Part shown: positions 51,042 to 61,063 of the stretch, piece by piece | How the letters are laid out: each line of letters begins with the position of its first letter | Numbering within the stretch: the first letter of the stretch is position 1 | From: a virus | Direction: 5' to 3' (one strand) | Virus record (IMG/VR): IMGVR_UViG_3300035698_011202 | Span: 8,232-72,231 of that record | Length of the DNA: 64,000 nucleotides | Notes under the pieces: model-generated | Databases searched by the model: none | The model's input: only the letters and a program-made list of their open reading frames with translations | Told to the model about the DNA's origin: nothing | Made by a program: the position numbers and the translations under genes

Positions 51042-53927
51042 ATGATAAGCAAAATTAACGAATACACAGGGTTGGTTGAACAGCTAGTTGACGCTAGAAA
51101 TATGGAATATCTGAGTATCGCTCTTGACCGTATCAAAGAACAGCAGGGTAAAGCTTTCGTAGGTTTTGATATTGAGACTGAGGATAGCCAGCGTCACGAT
51201 GGACTCAATCGGCTAATGAACGTAGATGCTCATAGCCTACGCTACAAAAAACCCACTAAGTTAATGTTCGACATTCCTAGAACTAACGTCACAGGGTTCT
51301 CGTTCTACATAAAAGGCGAAGATATTGTTTACTACGTGAACACTAAGCATTTTGACGTAGAAAACAGAATACCTTTTGCGCTCACCAAATGTTTTATAGA
51401 AGAGTTACGAGACAATGCCACTTTAATTATCCATAACTATACGTTTGAAAGAACTATGGTGCTTGCGGATTGGGGTATTGACCTTGGCAAGAACTATATC
51501 GATACGCTTCAAATGGCCGTGTCAGCTTACAACGATGACCAGTATGATATTGCGGCTTTTAAGCAGCGAAATCTTGGTGAGATAGCTAAACTGGTGCCTG
51601 AAATAAAGAAGCATTTTAAAGGATTTGACCCTAAAGTGCCGCTTAGTGCTGAGCAGTTCGAGGTGGTTAACAAGGTCGTATCTAAAGACTCCAAAGCCGA
51701 TCATAGTTACAACGGTTATGTACGGTCTATGAATTACGGTTATGGTTTAAAAGTCTGTACCGAGCGTTTGTTTGGTTACAAGCAAGACTCGTTTGAGGAC
51801 TGCCTACAAGGTAAGGCTCACATGGGTATGCTAACAGGTGAAGAAGTGTTGCATTATGGTGCTGATGACTCCTATTGGTGTGTCAGGTTGTTCGATTGGC
51901 TTTTAGAGTTTATGAGTAAGACTAACCCAGCTGTCATACAAACCTTCTTTGAGCAAGAGAACCCAATGCCTTACATCTTTAGTGATTGTTGGTCTAGGGG
52001 TTGGAGAGTTAACCGTGAGGCGATTGAGAGAAGAAACATTCAAGAGCGTGTTAACTATGTAAGGGCATTACGAGATTTAGCGGAATTATTGAACGGTTAC
52101 ACGTACATATTTCCTGATGGAAACCCAGCCATGCTAGAAAAACAGCCCAAATGGTATAGCGGCAAAGAGGGTGAGTCCTTTCAAAAGTACCGCGAGAAGT
52201 TAGAGTTTTTCAAAAGTGGCTACCAGTTATTGCTGCAAGAGCAAGGTGTAACCACGCTAACCAACGAGCGCCTAGAGTCTAATGAAATGTTAGGCTTTGA
52301 CCTTTGCCAATTATCCAGCGGTAGTGTCCCCGCAGCTTGGCGGGTAGAAATGAAGAACGCGCCAGTGAAGAAGGACTTAGATAAGCGCCCCAATCTTATG
52401 CACTATATGGTACAGCGGGTGCTGTTACATGATTTATGCAATCTCCCGTTCATTTATATAAAAGGTAAAGTGTCTACGAACGGCGAGGCACGAGGTAAAA
52501 TGATGCAAAAGGCTGAAGACCTAGCTTCTATGCCTAATGCGTGGCTTGAGTATTGGGATAAATACAAATCACTGACCCAACTAACGCCTATGGAGCGCCA
52601 GCTAACGGCTGAACATCTGTCAAACGAGTACGATGCAGACAAGGTGCAAAACATCATCCGTTGTCTGAATACGTTGGTTGGTATTGACCAGCGCATTAAG
52701 CTATTCATTACTAATTACAGGTGCATGATTGATCCTAATACCGACCGCATTCACCCTGTACTAAGCTCCAAGCTAAACACTAGGCGTATGGCCTCACAGA
52801 ACCCTAATGCGATGCAGTTAGCCAAGCGAGGCGACTCTGCGTACATTCGCGGGTTCTTCCAAGCAAACCACGATGACCACCTAATTATCGCGGTTGACTG
52901 GTCACAGGTAGAGCTAGTGTTGATAGGAGAAGAGTCCTCAGACCCTAACTTTGCTAAAGCATTTGGTCAGTTACCTTACGAAGACTTACACACGGCAGCG
53001 GCAAAATCCGCGTTAGAAGTATTTTATCCTAATTTTAGTGACGAATTATTTATGGGTTTGAAGATGGGAGATGCCAGCGCCATCCAAACTATTCAAATAG
53101 ATTTTCCCAAGGTGTTAATTAACCCTGTAGAAAATGAGCCGCTAGAACCTAGCTATGCCTTTAAGTTTTGGCGTAGCGAAGCGGGGAAGCCTAGTAACTT
53201 TGGTTACTGGTATTCAGGCTCACTGATGACGGTGCAAGAAAAGCTAGGTTGGACTAGCAAGGAAATGTGGGCCGGTACTGAGAACTACCGAATGGTGTTT
53301 GAGATAGCAGAGCATTGGCGGCTCAAGGTTATTGAGAATGTTAAGAATAAGGGTATCACTACACTTAGAGACAATCACCAGAGAGTACGTTATGAAGCTA
53401 CTGATGAGTGGGTTTATGACTTTGTAGCTAAGTTCTCAGCCCACGGAAATAACGATTTATCTATGTTTGGTTATCACTGTGCGAAGAAGATACAACGTCG
53501 TGCCCACAACCAAGCAGTCAACGCAAAAATACAAGGTGGGTGTGCCACGCTAGCCAAGCGCAGCATTATACCTCTGCATAAAGAAATACACGAAGAAGGT
53601 AAGTGGGACGCAGAATTTTTGATGCCTATTCACGATGAATTAGTGTTTAGCGCCCACCACAGTCAGGCTGTAGATTTCTCATATCGTATCTTAGAGGTCA
53701 TGTGTGACCACCCAACCGTAGTCAAGAACTTGAAGCTAGACGGCACCATTTCTATTGGTAAAACCCTAGAGCCATTTCACCCTGTCAACGCCCCGTATGG
53801 GCAGATAGAGCTTGATGAAGCGCCCTTTATTGATGGTGTTATACCTAAAGAATATGTGAAGAAATCATTGCCTAGAGAAATTAGACAAAAGGTAGTTGAT
53901 TACCTAAGAAGAGGCAGTTATGCGTGA
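51042..53927 (+). CDS. polA: Family A DNA polymerase with 3'-5' exonuclease
   Basis: FDIET, HNYTFE, DWSQVEL (motif A), KPSNFGYWY (motif B), IQG and IHDEL (motif C). Confidence 0.95.
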   Translation: MISKINEYTGLVEQLVDARNMEYLSIALDRIKEQQGKAFVGFDIETEDSQRHDGLNRLMNVDAHSLRYKKPTKLMFDIPRTNVTGFSFYIKGEDIVYYVNTKHFDVENRIPFALTKCFIEELRDNATLIIHNYTFERTMVLADWGIDLGKNYIDTLQMAVSAYNDDQYDIAAFKQRNLGEIAKLVPEIKKHFKGFDPKVPLSAEQFEVVNKVVSKDSKADHSYNGYVRSMNYGYGLKVCTERLFGYKQDSFEDCLQGKAHMGMLTGEEVLHYGADDSYWCVRLFDWLLEFMSKTNPAVIQTFFEQENPMPYIFSDCWSRGWRVNREAIERRNIQERVNYVRALRDLAELLNGYTYIFPDGNPAMLEKQPKWYSGKEGESFQKYREKLEFFKSGYQLLLQEQGVTTLTNERLESNEMLGFDLCQLSSGSVPAAWRVEMKNAPVKKDLDKRPNLMHYMVQRVLLHDLCNLPFIYIKGKVSTNGEARGKMMQKAEDLASMPNAWLEYWDKYKSLTQLTPMERQLTAEHLSNEYDADKVQNIIRCLNTLVGIDQRIKLFITNYRCMIDPNTDRIHPVLSSKLNTRRMASQNPNAMQLAKRGDSAYIRGFFQANHDDHLIIAVDWSQVELVLIGEESSDPNFAKAFGQLPYEDLHTAAAKSALEVFYPNFSDELFMGLKMGDASAIQTIQIDFPKVLINPVENEPLEPSYAFKFWRSEAGKPSNFGYWYSGSLMTVQEKLGWTSKEMWAGTENYRMVFEIAEHWRLKVIENVKNKGITTLRDNHQRVRYEATDEWVYDFVAKFSAHGNNDLSMFGYHCAKKIQRRAHNQAVNAKIQGGCATLAKRSIIPLHKEIHEEGKWDAEFLMPIHDELVFSAHHSQAVDFSYRILEVMCDHPTVVKNLKLDGTISIGKTLEPFHPVNAPYGQIELDEAPFIDGVIPKEYVKKSLPREIRQKVVDYLRRGSYA

Positions 53928-54159
53928 GTTTGGAATCTTAAAACAAGACCTAAAAGACGTTTTAGAGATACAAGAATATCAGCAGCGTTTGCTCACAAAA
54001 ACAGTTTTGATAAAACGGGTACGTGATATAGTAGACAGGGCAGGGGCACTCGAATCGGCGTTAAGGCAACTCGACCCTCACCACCCTTTAATTACTACGA
54101 GAGTAAAAAATGATGACCGCACAATCAAAAGTAGTCCAACTAAGACCCCGACCTTTTGA
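53920..54159 (+). CDS. Hypothetical protein
   Basis: GAGG RBS and overlap with the polymerase stop codon. Confidence 0.6.
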   Translation: MREFGILKQDLKDVLEIQEYQQRLLTKTVLIKRVRDIVDRAGALESALRQLDPHHPLITTRVKNDDRTIKSSPTKTPTF

Positions 54160-54703
54160 GTATCTAAAAGATAAGTCTTTTATTACCTTTGATACTGAAA
54201 CCACAGGTGTATCTGGTACTAGTGAGATTTGCGAGATTTGCTTAATCGATGGCGACACAGGCAACGTAATGATTAACACGTTGGTCAAGCCTGTTGGGAT
54301 GATGCACCCCAAGGCGCAAGAAATACACGGGATTATGCCTCACGAATTAGTCGATGCACCTGACTGGCTAGAAGTGGAGCAGCAGATTAGAGCCATTTCA
54401 CAAGGTCGAGTCGGCATTGCGTACAACGCTAACTTCGATCTAAAGATGATGGTGCAATCTTGCAATGTAAGAGGTGTAAAAACCGACATTTCTTTTGGGT
54501 TTGACAATTTCTTTTGCGCCATGGTTGAGTATTCTAAGCGAATTAAAATAATGGATTTCTTCCGTAAATCTCACAAGTGGGTAAAGCTAAGTCAAGCGTG
54601 TGAGTTAGAAGGCATTGCTGTAAACGAAACGCTTCACCGAGCTAAAGCTGATGCGATGTTAACCCACTTGTTAGTGCGTAAATTAATAGACGAGCTAGAA
54701 TAA
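54110..54703 (+). CDS. DEDDh 3'-5' exonuclease (DnaQ-like)
   Basis: DTETTG, YNANFD and HRAKAD motifs. Confidence 0.9.
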   Translation: MMTAQSKVVQLRPRPFEYLKDKSFITFDTETTGVSGTSEICEICLIDGDTGNVMINTLVKPVGMMHPKAQEIHGIMPHELVDAPDWLEVEQQIRAISQGRVGIAYNANFDLKMMVQSCNVRGVKTDISFGFDNFFCAMVEYSKRIKIMDFFRKSHKWVKLSQACELEGIAVNETLHRAKADAMLTHLLVRKLIDELE

Positions 54704-54704
54704 T

Positions 54705-54896
54705 ATGCTTGCCAGTATGGTTCTTTGGGGTTTCTGTTTAATGTTTCCTATCGCATTTTTTCTAGTTCATTTAAAGATGAAGATGGATTGTGAGAAATAT
54801 AAACAAGACTTCCAAAGGGCTAGACCCCCTATACCGCCCCATGATGACCCGCCACTAGATAGGTTAGAAACCTTGAACGACAGGCACCCACTTTAA
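54705..54896 (+). CDS. Small membrane protein
   Basis: N-terminal hydrophobic helix. Confidence 0.55.
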   Translation: MLASMVLWGFCLMFPIAFFLVHLKMKMDCEKYKQDFQRARPPIPPHDDPPLDRLETLNDRHPL

Positions 54897-54913
54897 CAAC
54901 TAGGAAATTGACG

Positions 54914-55531
54914 ATGAGAACACATACCTTGACCCCTTTACCCTTCAAGTACCTTACAGAAGTGACGTATAAAAAGCTTTATAACGATATTATTGAGTTC
55001 AGAACGCTGTTTGATTTACCTATCGATAAAAAAGTACTAAGCCGTGACGAGCACCGTTTACATTGTGATTTATTTTGCGAAGAGCAGGGGGAGTTAGCCC
55101 TCGCCACAAACCGAGTAGACAGCATTGATGCAGTAATTGACTCGGTTTACGTATACATGGGCGCACTGGTTCATATAGGAAAGCCTTGGGAAGTTTTAGT
55201 CGCTTGCTCACCTTTAATTGCTTATCCCTTAGAATCGATGCTCGGTTCAGCTGAAGAAATGGGGTTTGATTTTGTAGAAGCATGGGATATTGTTCATAGC
55301 AGTAACATATCAAAGCTTTGCACAGCGGATAATGTTGACCAAACCTCTCAAGTGTACAAATCTTTAGGGGTGTCGGTAGTTACTGAGCTAGCTTTCAACA
55401 ATATCCATAAAGGTGCTAAATATAGGGTTAAAGTTGCTCGTCATTGCAAAGACTATCATGGGAAATTCTACCCCCAAGGCAAGGTTTTAAAGAGCATTGG
55501 CTATACTCCGGCGATTTTAACGGGTCTGTAG
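54914..55531 (+). CDS. MazG-like nucleoside triphosphate pyrophosphohydrolase
   Basis: EEQGEL, DAVIDSVYV, VHSSNISK and GKVLKS motifs. Confidence 0.8.
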   Translation: MRTHTLTPLPFKYLTEVTYKKLYNDIIEFRTLFDLPIDKKVLSRDEHRLHCDLFCEEQGELALATNRVDSIDAVIDSVYVYMGALVHIGKPWEVLVACSPLIAYPLESMLGSAEEMGFDFVEAWDIVHSSNISKLCTADNVDQTSQVYKSLGVSVVTELAFNNIHKGAKYRVKVARHCKDYHGKFYPQGKVLKSIGYTPAILTGL

Positions 55532-55558
55532 TACTGAACACAACAATTTGGACTGACG

Positions 55559-58500
55559 ATGACAAACAAACTAATTCCGTTAACCGTTTTTACAGCCCAT
55601 AAGGGTGTTCTAACCAAAACCATAACCAGACAGCATGGAAAGTTCAATGCTGATCCTCCAAAACTTGCGTCCGGTTTAGCTAGAACAGCGTGGGTCACGC
55701 TTGCCGAGCTTCCTAAGTTTATTAAAAGCCTAAAAATCTCTGAGTGTTTTACACTTGGAGTTTTTGATTTAGGCGATGAAATTACCGAAGTCATCACAGT
55801 ACCTGAGTTCGATCGTCGCGGTTACACCTACCCGATAGAAGTCAACGAAACGGGACGGTATGGCACTAGGGCTAAGAAGTCGATGCAACAAACTCAAAGA
55901 ACGTTATTGTTCTTTGATTATGACCATGACCCATCAGACCCTAACGTTATCGAGAACCCTGAACACTTTATAGCTCTTTTGGATAAAGCAGTTCCAGAGT
56001 TAAGCATAGCTGATACTACTTACGTAAGAACCTATTCTACATCCCGAGGTTTGTACCGAAAGTCAGATGATGTTTGTCTTAAACCGGCAAACGGGTTTCA
56101 CATCTACTTCGAAATAGAAGATGGCGCTGACATTGAACGCTTTGTAAAAATGTTAGAGCGACGCTGTTGGACTAAAGGTTTAGGCCACATAAAAATATCA
56201 GCGAACGGACAACTGTTAGAGCGCGTTATTTTTGACAAGCTAGTCTTCCAACCTGAAAGAATGTGTTTTGAAGCCGGTGCTTTTATTCCTGAAGACCAAG
56301 ACTTCTACCAAAAACTACCGGATGCTGAGTACATAGAAAAGCCTTTACTAGTTTTAGATACGCATAAAGTAATTGATTTATCAGTTGAAGCGTTGCGTGA
56401 TATAGAAATCACAATCGCTAAGATAAAGCACAGCGATGCCGTCCAAGACTTAATGGATGACTATCGTGATAAAGCTACGCAGCACAAGATGAGTCAGGCT
56501 CACTTGACGGGTAGACTGATGACGCCCAAGCAAGCTTACGAGCAAGTGGTTAACGAAGAAAAGTTACTGCTACATCCAGATGACGTACTTTACTTTGAGG
56601 ATGGGCGTACCGCCACAGTAAGAGAGACAGTCATTTATTCAGAGCAGTACGATGGATGTGGTTTAAAAGACCCTATACGATTAGACAAGGGTTATTCTAA
56701 AGCGAAATTTTACGCTAACCGTGATCATGCTCAAGTACCTCATCCCGCTATTCATAGCTTTATAAACGGTGGGCGAACGTTCAAGTTAGAGGACGCGGTA
56801 ACCTATTACGATAACCGTGAAAAAATTGAACAAAGCTCTTTGTCAGACCTGTGCGACATGCCTGAAGTCTTTGACGCTAAGTATTTACCGGACTTTCAAC
56901 TTAAAAAAGGGCTTACGTTAATCAAGAGTGCCAAGGGTACAGGTAAAACATCTACGCTTGCTAAGAAGATAGGCCCAGAGTTGATGGGGCGCGTTATTAG
57001 CTTGAACCAGTTAGTATCGTTAGTAGGGGCGTTGTGCCTTAAATTTGACCTTGAAAACTACAATGACTTGCAAACTAAAGAAGGACGTAGCTTACACACA
57101 GCAGCAAGATTAGGTATTTGCTTGAACTCTATTCATAAGATACGTGGTAACCGTTACGACGTAGTAATCATGGATGAATTTACACAGTTACTACGATCCA
57201 TTAAATCAGACACTGTGCGCTATCCTGCGGCGTGTTTGCAAGTTATGAGAGAAGTCATTGCCGCAGCATCATACGTTGTGTGTATGGACGCTGACTTGAC
57301 CTCAGAGTACGTTGAGATGTTTCGTCACCCTGAGTTTGGATTGATTAGAAACGACATACCCGTAAACGTGGTGGAGAATCTTTATAGGCCACCGGCAATC
57401 GAAGAGCGCAAAGTGGTCTTGTACCAAGATTCACAAGACAAACCTGACCACGCTGCGTTTACTGAGAAGCTTGTATTAACGGGTATAAAAAACGAAGAAG
57501 GTTTCTTTTATGCCAGTAACTCTAAGGCTGATGTTATTAAAAAAGCGTCATTACTTATTGGTAAATTAGGTGGTGAATCGATCTTAGAAGAAGAGCATTT
57601 TATTACTGAGATTGCAGGGCGCAGAGTAATTACGGTTACCTCTAACAACTCGCAGCTTAAAGAAACACAAGATTTTATTAAGAATCTAAACACTCAGCTA
57701 CGCCCCACCGATATGTTTTTATCTAGTCCAAGTATGGGAACAGGCCATTCGATAGATATGGTTGATGGCTTACCGTTGTTTGACAAATGTTTTGGGTACT
57801 TTACTAGTCGAGCAGGTAATTTACCTTCTGACTGCACCCAGCACATAAGTCGCGTTAGAGGGTGTAACGAACTGCACATCATTTACACGCAGGTTTCTTT
57901 AAATTTACCTGAAGACAAAACCCTAATTATGAACCAACATATTTACGGTCGCTCTAACATGGTTGACTCTCTTAGTGCGTTCAACAAGTTTGGCAAGCAC
58001 GTCATGGATAATCTCACCAACTCGTTTAAATACGAAGATTTTGGTTATGCCAATTGGTACGTGGGCCTAACAAGTCATGAGAACAAGCTAAAAAACTCTT
58101 TTGGTCTTAACCTTCTTGTTCAACTACAAACGGAAGGCTATCAGATAAGTCATAACTATTATGCAGAAGGCATGGGACACGGTGCAGGGTACTTAGCCGA
58201 GATGAAGTTAACTGCTGAATCTATGCGAGAGCTTAGCCGTGAGAAAATTTGGAGTACGCCTTTAATCAGTGACCTAGAGTTCGAGTCTCTAAATAATTCT
58301 GTGTACCAAACACCGGATGAAAAACGAGAACTGTTTAAGAAGCGTCAAGCCAATTACTTTGGCTTTGAAGAAGACTGTCAATTGCTAAATGAAATAGCTA
58401 CCTCATCAGCGGGAAGGTTAGCAGGATTAAAAGCAGGCGTGATGCTGGGGGCCGACCCTATTCACTTGCTAGTGATGGACGTAAATACCCGATTAGACAG

Positions 58501-59065
58501 CACTCGCGCTGACCGAGATAAAAGCGCACACAACAAACACTATGCTCTACTAACGTTTGCCCTACGTAAAATAGGCATAACCATAGTTAAAGGGTTGTTA
58601 GAATATGATGGTCGAGCTATCCGCAGAGAAAACAAGTATTTGTTTGCAGAAACTGTTTTAGAACGTAGTTCAGAGCTAAAAATTCTTCATGGTTTATCCA
58701 GTGCAGCTGACACTGAAGAAAAAATGATAGCTTTTGCAAGCCGCTTTCTTACAAGTGTAGGATTAAAATTTATAAATAAACAAGTCAAGGAAGTTGGTGG
58801 GGTAGTGCGGGTGGCCTTTATAGACCCTGAAGCAATTGCACTACTTAATTTGTTAATCGTTCAAGCTCAAAATCACTCCAAATCGCCAATTTTCAATGAG
58901 ATACCAGAGCTTTCAGTGGGTTTGTACGCTTATTCAATAATGAAACATTTAACTATGAGTGACACCCGACCCGAGTTTAAATACATACGAAGTTTTCCAG
59001 AAGCATTTTGGAAGGCCATTGATGCGTATTTGGAAAACTACAAGATTCAAAAGCTCGTTGCATAA
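55559..59065 (+). CDS. Primase-like domain fused to an origin-binding-type SF2 helicase
   Basis: N-terminal FFDYD and GFHIY (AEP-like). Central SAKGTGKT, MDEF, MDADL, SPSMGTG and QHISRVR. Confidence 0.8.
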   Translation: MTNKLIPLTVFTAHKGVLTKTITRQHGKFNADPPKLASGLARTAWVTLAELPKFIKSLKISECFTLGVFDLGDEITEVITVPEFDRRGYTYPIEVNETGRYGTRAKKSMQQTQRTLLFFDYDHDPSDPNVIENPEHFIALLDKAVPELSIADTTYVRTYSTSRGLYRKSDDVCLKPANGFHIYFEIEDGADIERFVKMLERRCWTKGLGHIKISANGQLLERVIFDKLVFQPERMCFEAGAFIPEDQDFYQKLPDAEYIEKPLLVLDTHKVIDLSVEALRDIEITIAKIKHSDAVQDLMDDYRDKATQHKMSQAHLTGRLMTPKQAYEQVVNEEKLLLHPDDVLYFEDGRTATVRETVIYSEQYDGCGLKDPIRLDKGYSKAKFYANRDHAQVPHPAIHSFINGGRTFKLEDAVTYYDNREKIEQSSLSDLCDMPEVFDAKYLPDFQLKKGLTLIKSAKGTGKTSTLAKKIGPELMGRVISLNQLVSLVGALCLKFDLENYNDLQTKEGRSLHTAARLGICLNSIHKIRGNRYDVVIMDEFTQLLRSIKSDTVRYPAACLQVMREVIAAASYVVCMDADLTSEYVEMFRHPEFGLIRNDIPVNVVENLYRPPAIEERKVVLYQDSQDKPDHAAFTEKLVLTGIKNEEGFFYASNSKADVIKKASLLIGKLGGESILEEEHFITEIAGRRVITVTSNNSQLKETQDFIKNLNTQLRPTDMFLSSPSMGTGHSIDMVDGLPLFDKCFGYFTSRAGNLPSDCTQHISRVRGCNELHIIYTQVSLNLPEDKTLIMNQHIYGRSNMVDSLSAFNKFGKHVMDNLTNSFKYEDFGYANWYVGLTSHENKLKNSFGLNLLVQLQTEGYQISHNYYAEGMGHGAGYLAEMKLTAESMRELSREKIWSTPLISDLEFESLNNSVYQTPDEKRELFKKRQANYFGFEEDCQLLNEIATSSAGRLAGLKAGVMLGADPIHLLVMDVNTRLDSTRADRDKSAHNKHYALLTFALRKIGITIVKGLLEYDGRAIRRENKYLFAETVLERSSELKILHGLSSAADTEEKMIAFASRFLTSVGLKFINKQVKEVGGVVRVAFIDPEAIALLNLLIVQAQNHSKSPIFNEIPELSVGLYAYSIMKHLTMSDTRPEFKYIRSFPEAFWKAIDAYLENYKIQKLVA

Positions 59066-59142
59066 TTAATCTAGTAATTTATAATCATCGTCTTATTCAC
59101 TAACAGAATAAAGTGTACACAAAACTGCGAGGCATTAGGACG

Positions 59143-59604
59143 ATGAAAGATAATCAAACTTTAGATAAATTAATACATAACAGAACACACTTCGAGCATG
59201 ACTACGAAGTGTGGTTTTATATTATTAAATATTTGCGAGAAAATGATTACAAGATAAGTGGGTACAAACCCATGTCTGTTAAAATGTACAATCAAATTAG
59301 AAATGTTATTTCACCAAAAAAACTTTCATCAAAGGATTTGTATAGAGGCATAGGATTCCACGTAAATAGTATTGCATATTTAAAAACTATCAAAACGGGA
59401 CAAAAGAGATGGAATTTATTTGGAAAGCCAGATGGGAAAGTTACGCAAGCTGAATCTGACTTTGCGTTACAACAAATGGCTTTAGTACACCCTGCCTATA
59501 TGAGAAGTTTACGTAAGGCTAGGGCCGGAAGACAGACCCTTATGGTAGAAAAAAAGGGTAGGAAATTAGTTCTAAACAAGGGTAAAATAGATACCGGCTC
59601 CTAG
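59143..59604 (+). CDS. ProQ/FinO-family RNA-binding protein
   Basis: KPMSVKM...LYRGIGFHVNSIAYLKTIKTGQKRWNLFGKPDGKVTQAESDFA matches the FinO-domain pattern PLxxGI...YL...GxxRxxLxGxxxGxVT. Confidence 0.8.
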   Translation: MKDNQTLDKLIHNRTHFEHDYEVWFYIIKYLRENDYKISGYKPMSVKMYNQIRNVISPKKLSSKDLYRGIGFHVNSIAYLKTIKTGQKRWNLFGKPDGKVTQAESDFALQQMALVHPAYMRSLRKARAGRQTLMVEKKGRKLVLNKGKIDTGS

Positions 59605-59627
59605 TAGTATCACAATTCGGATTGACG

Positions 59628-60059
59628 ATGACAAAAACACTGAGTACAGCAAAGTGGGCTGAGAACTATTTCGAAGATGCCTTTAACCAGAAAAAAGCCA
59701 ATGTATTCAGGATACCAGATTACTCAGATATAAATTTTGGGGCTAACAGCGGCAAACAAAATGTTGCTGTTGATCCTAAACCCGCTGACTTTTTAATTAC
59801 CTACTCCAAACAAACTTTCTATGCCGAAGTAAAAACAGTTGAAAAAGCAAAAGCGTTTTCCTTTTCAGGTATTCGTCCTGCTCAATGGAAAGCGGCGTTA
59901 AAGACCATCCGTAATGGTGGTAAATATTACTTTGTAATTTATTTTAAACACAATGCTCAGTGGTATTGGGTTCCAGCCCGTATCATATTAGAAAGCAGCA
60001 AACAGTCCTTAAACTTAGAGGACTTAGAAATTTACAAGGTTCATAAAACTTTTATGTAA
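59628..60059 (+). CDS. RecU-like Holliday junction resolvase
   Basis: PADF, YAEVKT and IRPAQW PD-(D/E)xK pattern. Confidence 0.8.
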   Translation: MTKTLSTAKWAENYFEDAFNQKKANVFRIPDYSDINFGANSGKQNVAVDPKPADFLITYSKQTFYAEVKTVEKAKAFSFSGIRPAQWKAALKTIRNGGKYYFVIYFKHNAQWYWVPARIILESSKQSLNLEDLEIYKVHKTFM

Positions 60060-60079
60060 CTACAATTAGGAAATTGACG

Positions 60080-61063
60080 ATGACAAACAAAACAATGCCA
60101 CAGGTACAAACATTAGGCGACCCGCATTTAGGAAAGGTTTTTAAAACAGGCGTACCGATTCACCGATTAGATGAGCGAGAAGGCTTAGTTCAAAAAGACT
60201 TTATAGCTAATTTAGTACCTAAAAAAGGTGTGACCCTGCATGTTTGTATGGGAGATTTATTTGACAAGTTTAGAGTACCCGAAGAAATTATCTTGTTTGC
60301 CGCCCACGCTTACAAAGAAGCCAGCCTTAAAAACCCCACTGTATTGTATGTAATTATACGTGGCAACCACGATGCAAGCCGAGATGTAGCATTGAAGTCT
60401 AGCTTTGACGTGTTCAAAGAAATTGTCTGGGGGCTAGATAATATTTATGTGGTTTGTGACGAACCTTTAACTATTGACAACGAGGGTGTTACTCACTGCT
60501 TCTATCCATGGCATCCGTTTATTAATGCTAAACAGATGGTGGAAACTATGCTCCCGCCGAAGGGTGCATATAGTTATGGGCATTGGGATGTAGCGTCGTT
60601 TGGTGAAGACAGCAGCTCACTAAGTAATATGATACCGCTTGAGTTTTTCAAAGATGCCGAGCTAGTTACCACAGGTCACTATCACCTTGCTTCGAATAAA
60701 GTTATGCAAGGGGTGCCGGTTATGGTTACAGGCTCCATGCAGCCGTACTCACATGCTGAAGACTTGGAGGGTACTCATTACGTGACTATCTCAAAAGAAG
60801 ACGCGCTGTTAGCGCCTAGAGCCTTAAAGAATCTAAATGTTCGTATCTTACTAGAATCAGGAGAAACGCCTTTCGGGGATTTAGACTGCTTCAGCCTTAC
60901 CTTTAAAAAGCTCGCAGCGGATGCTGCCCCTGAGCTTGTGGTTGACATCGATAACTTCGACATAGCTGATATTTTTCAGACAACGTTTGCTGAGTTCAAG
61001 GTTGGCAAAGAATTAACAGACAGCTTGTGGGCAAGCTTCACGGAGATAAACGCTAATGATTAG
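60080..61063 (+). CDS. SbcD/Mre11-like metallophosphoesterase nuclease
   Basis: GDPHLG, GDLFD, GNHD and GHYH motifs. Confidence 0.9.
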   Translation: MTNKTMPQVQTLGDPHLGKVFKTGVPIHRLDEREGLVQKDFIANLVPKKGVTLHVCMGDLFDKFRVPEEIILFAAHAYKEASLKNPTVLYVIIRGNHDASRDVALKSSFDVFKEIVWGLDNIYVVCDEPLTIDNEGVTHCFYPWHPFINAKQMVETMLPPKGAYSYGHWDVASFGEDSSSLSNMIPLEFFKDAELVTTGHYHLASNKVMQGVPVMVTGSMQPYSHAEDLEGTHYVTISKEDALLAPRALKNLNVRILLESGETPFGDLDCFSLTFKKLAADAAPELVVDIDNFDIADIFQTTFAEFKVGKELTDSLWASFTEINAND

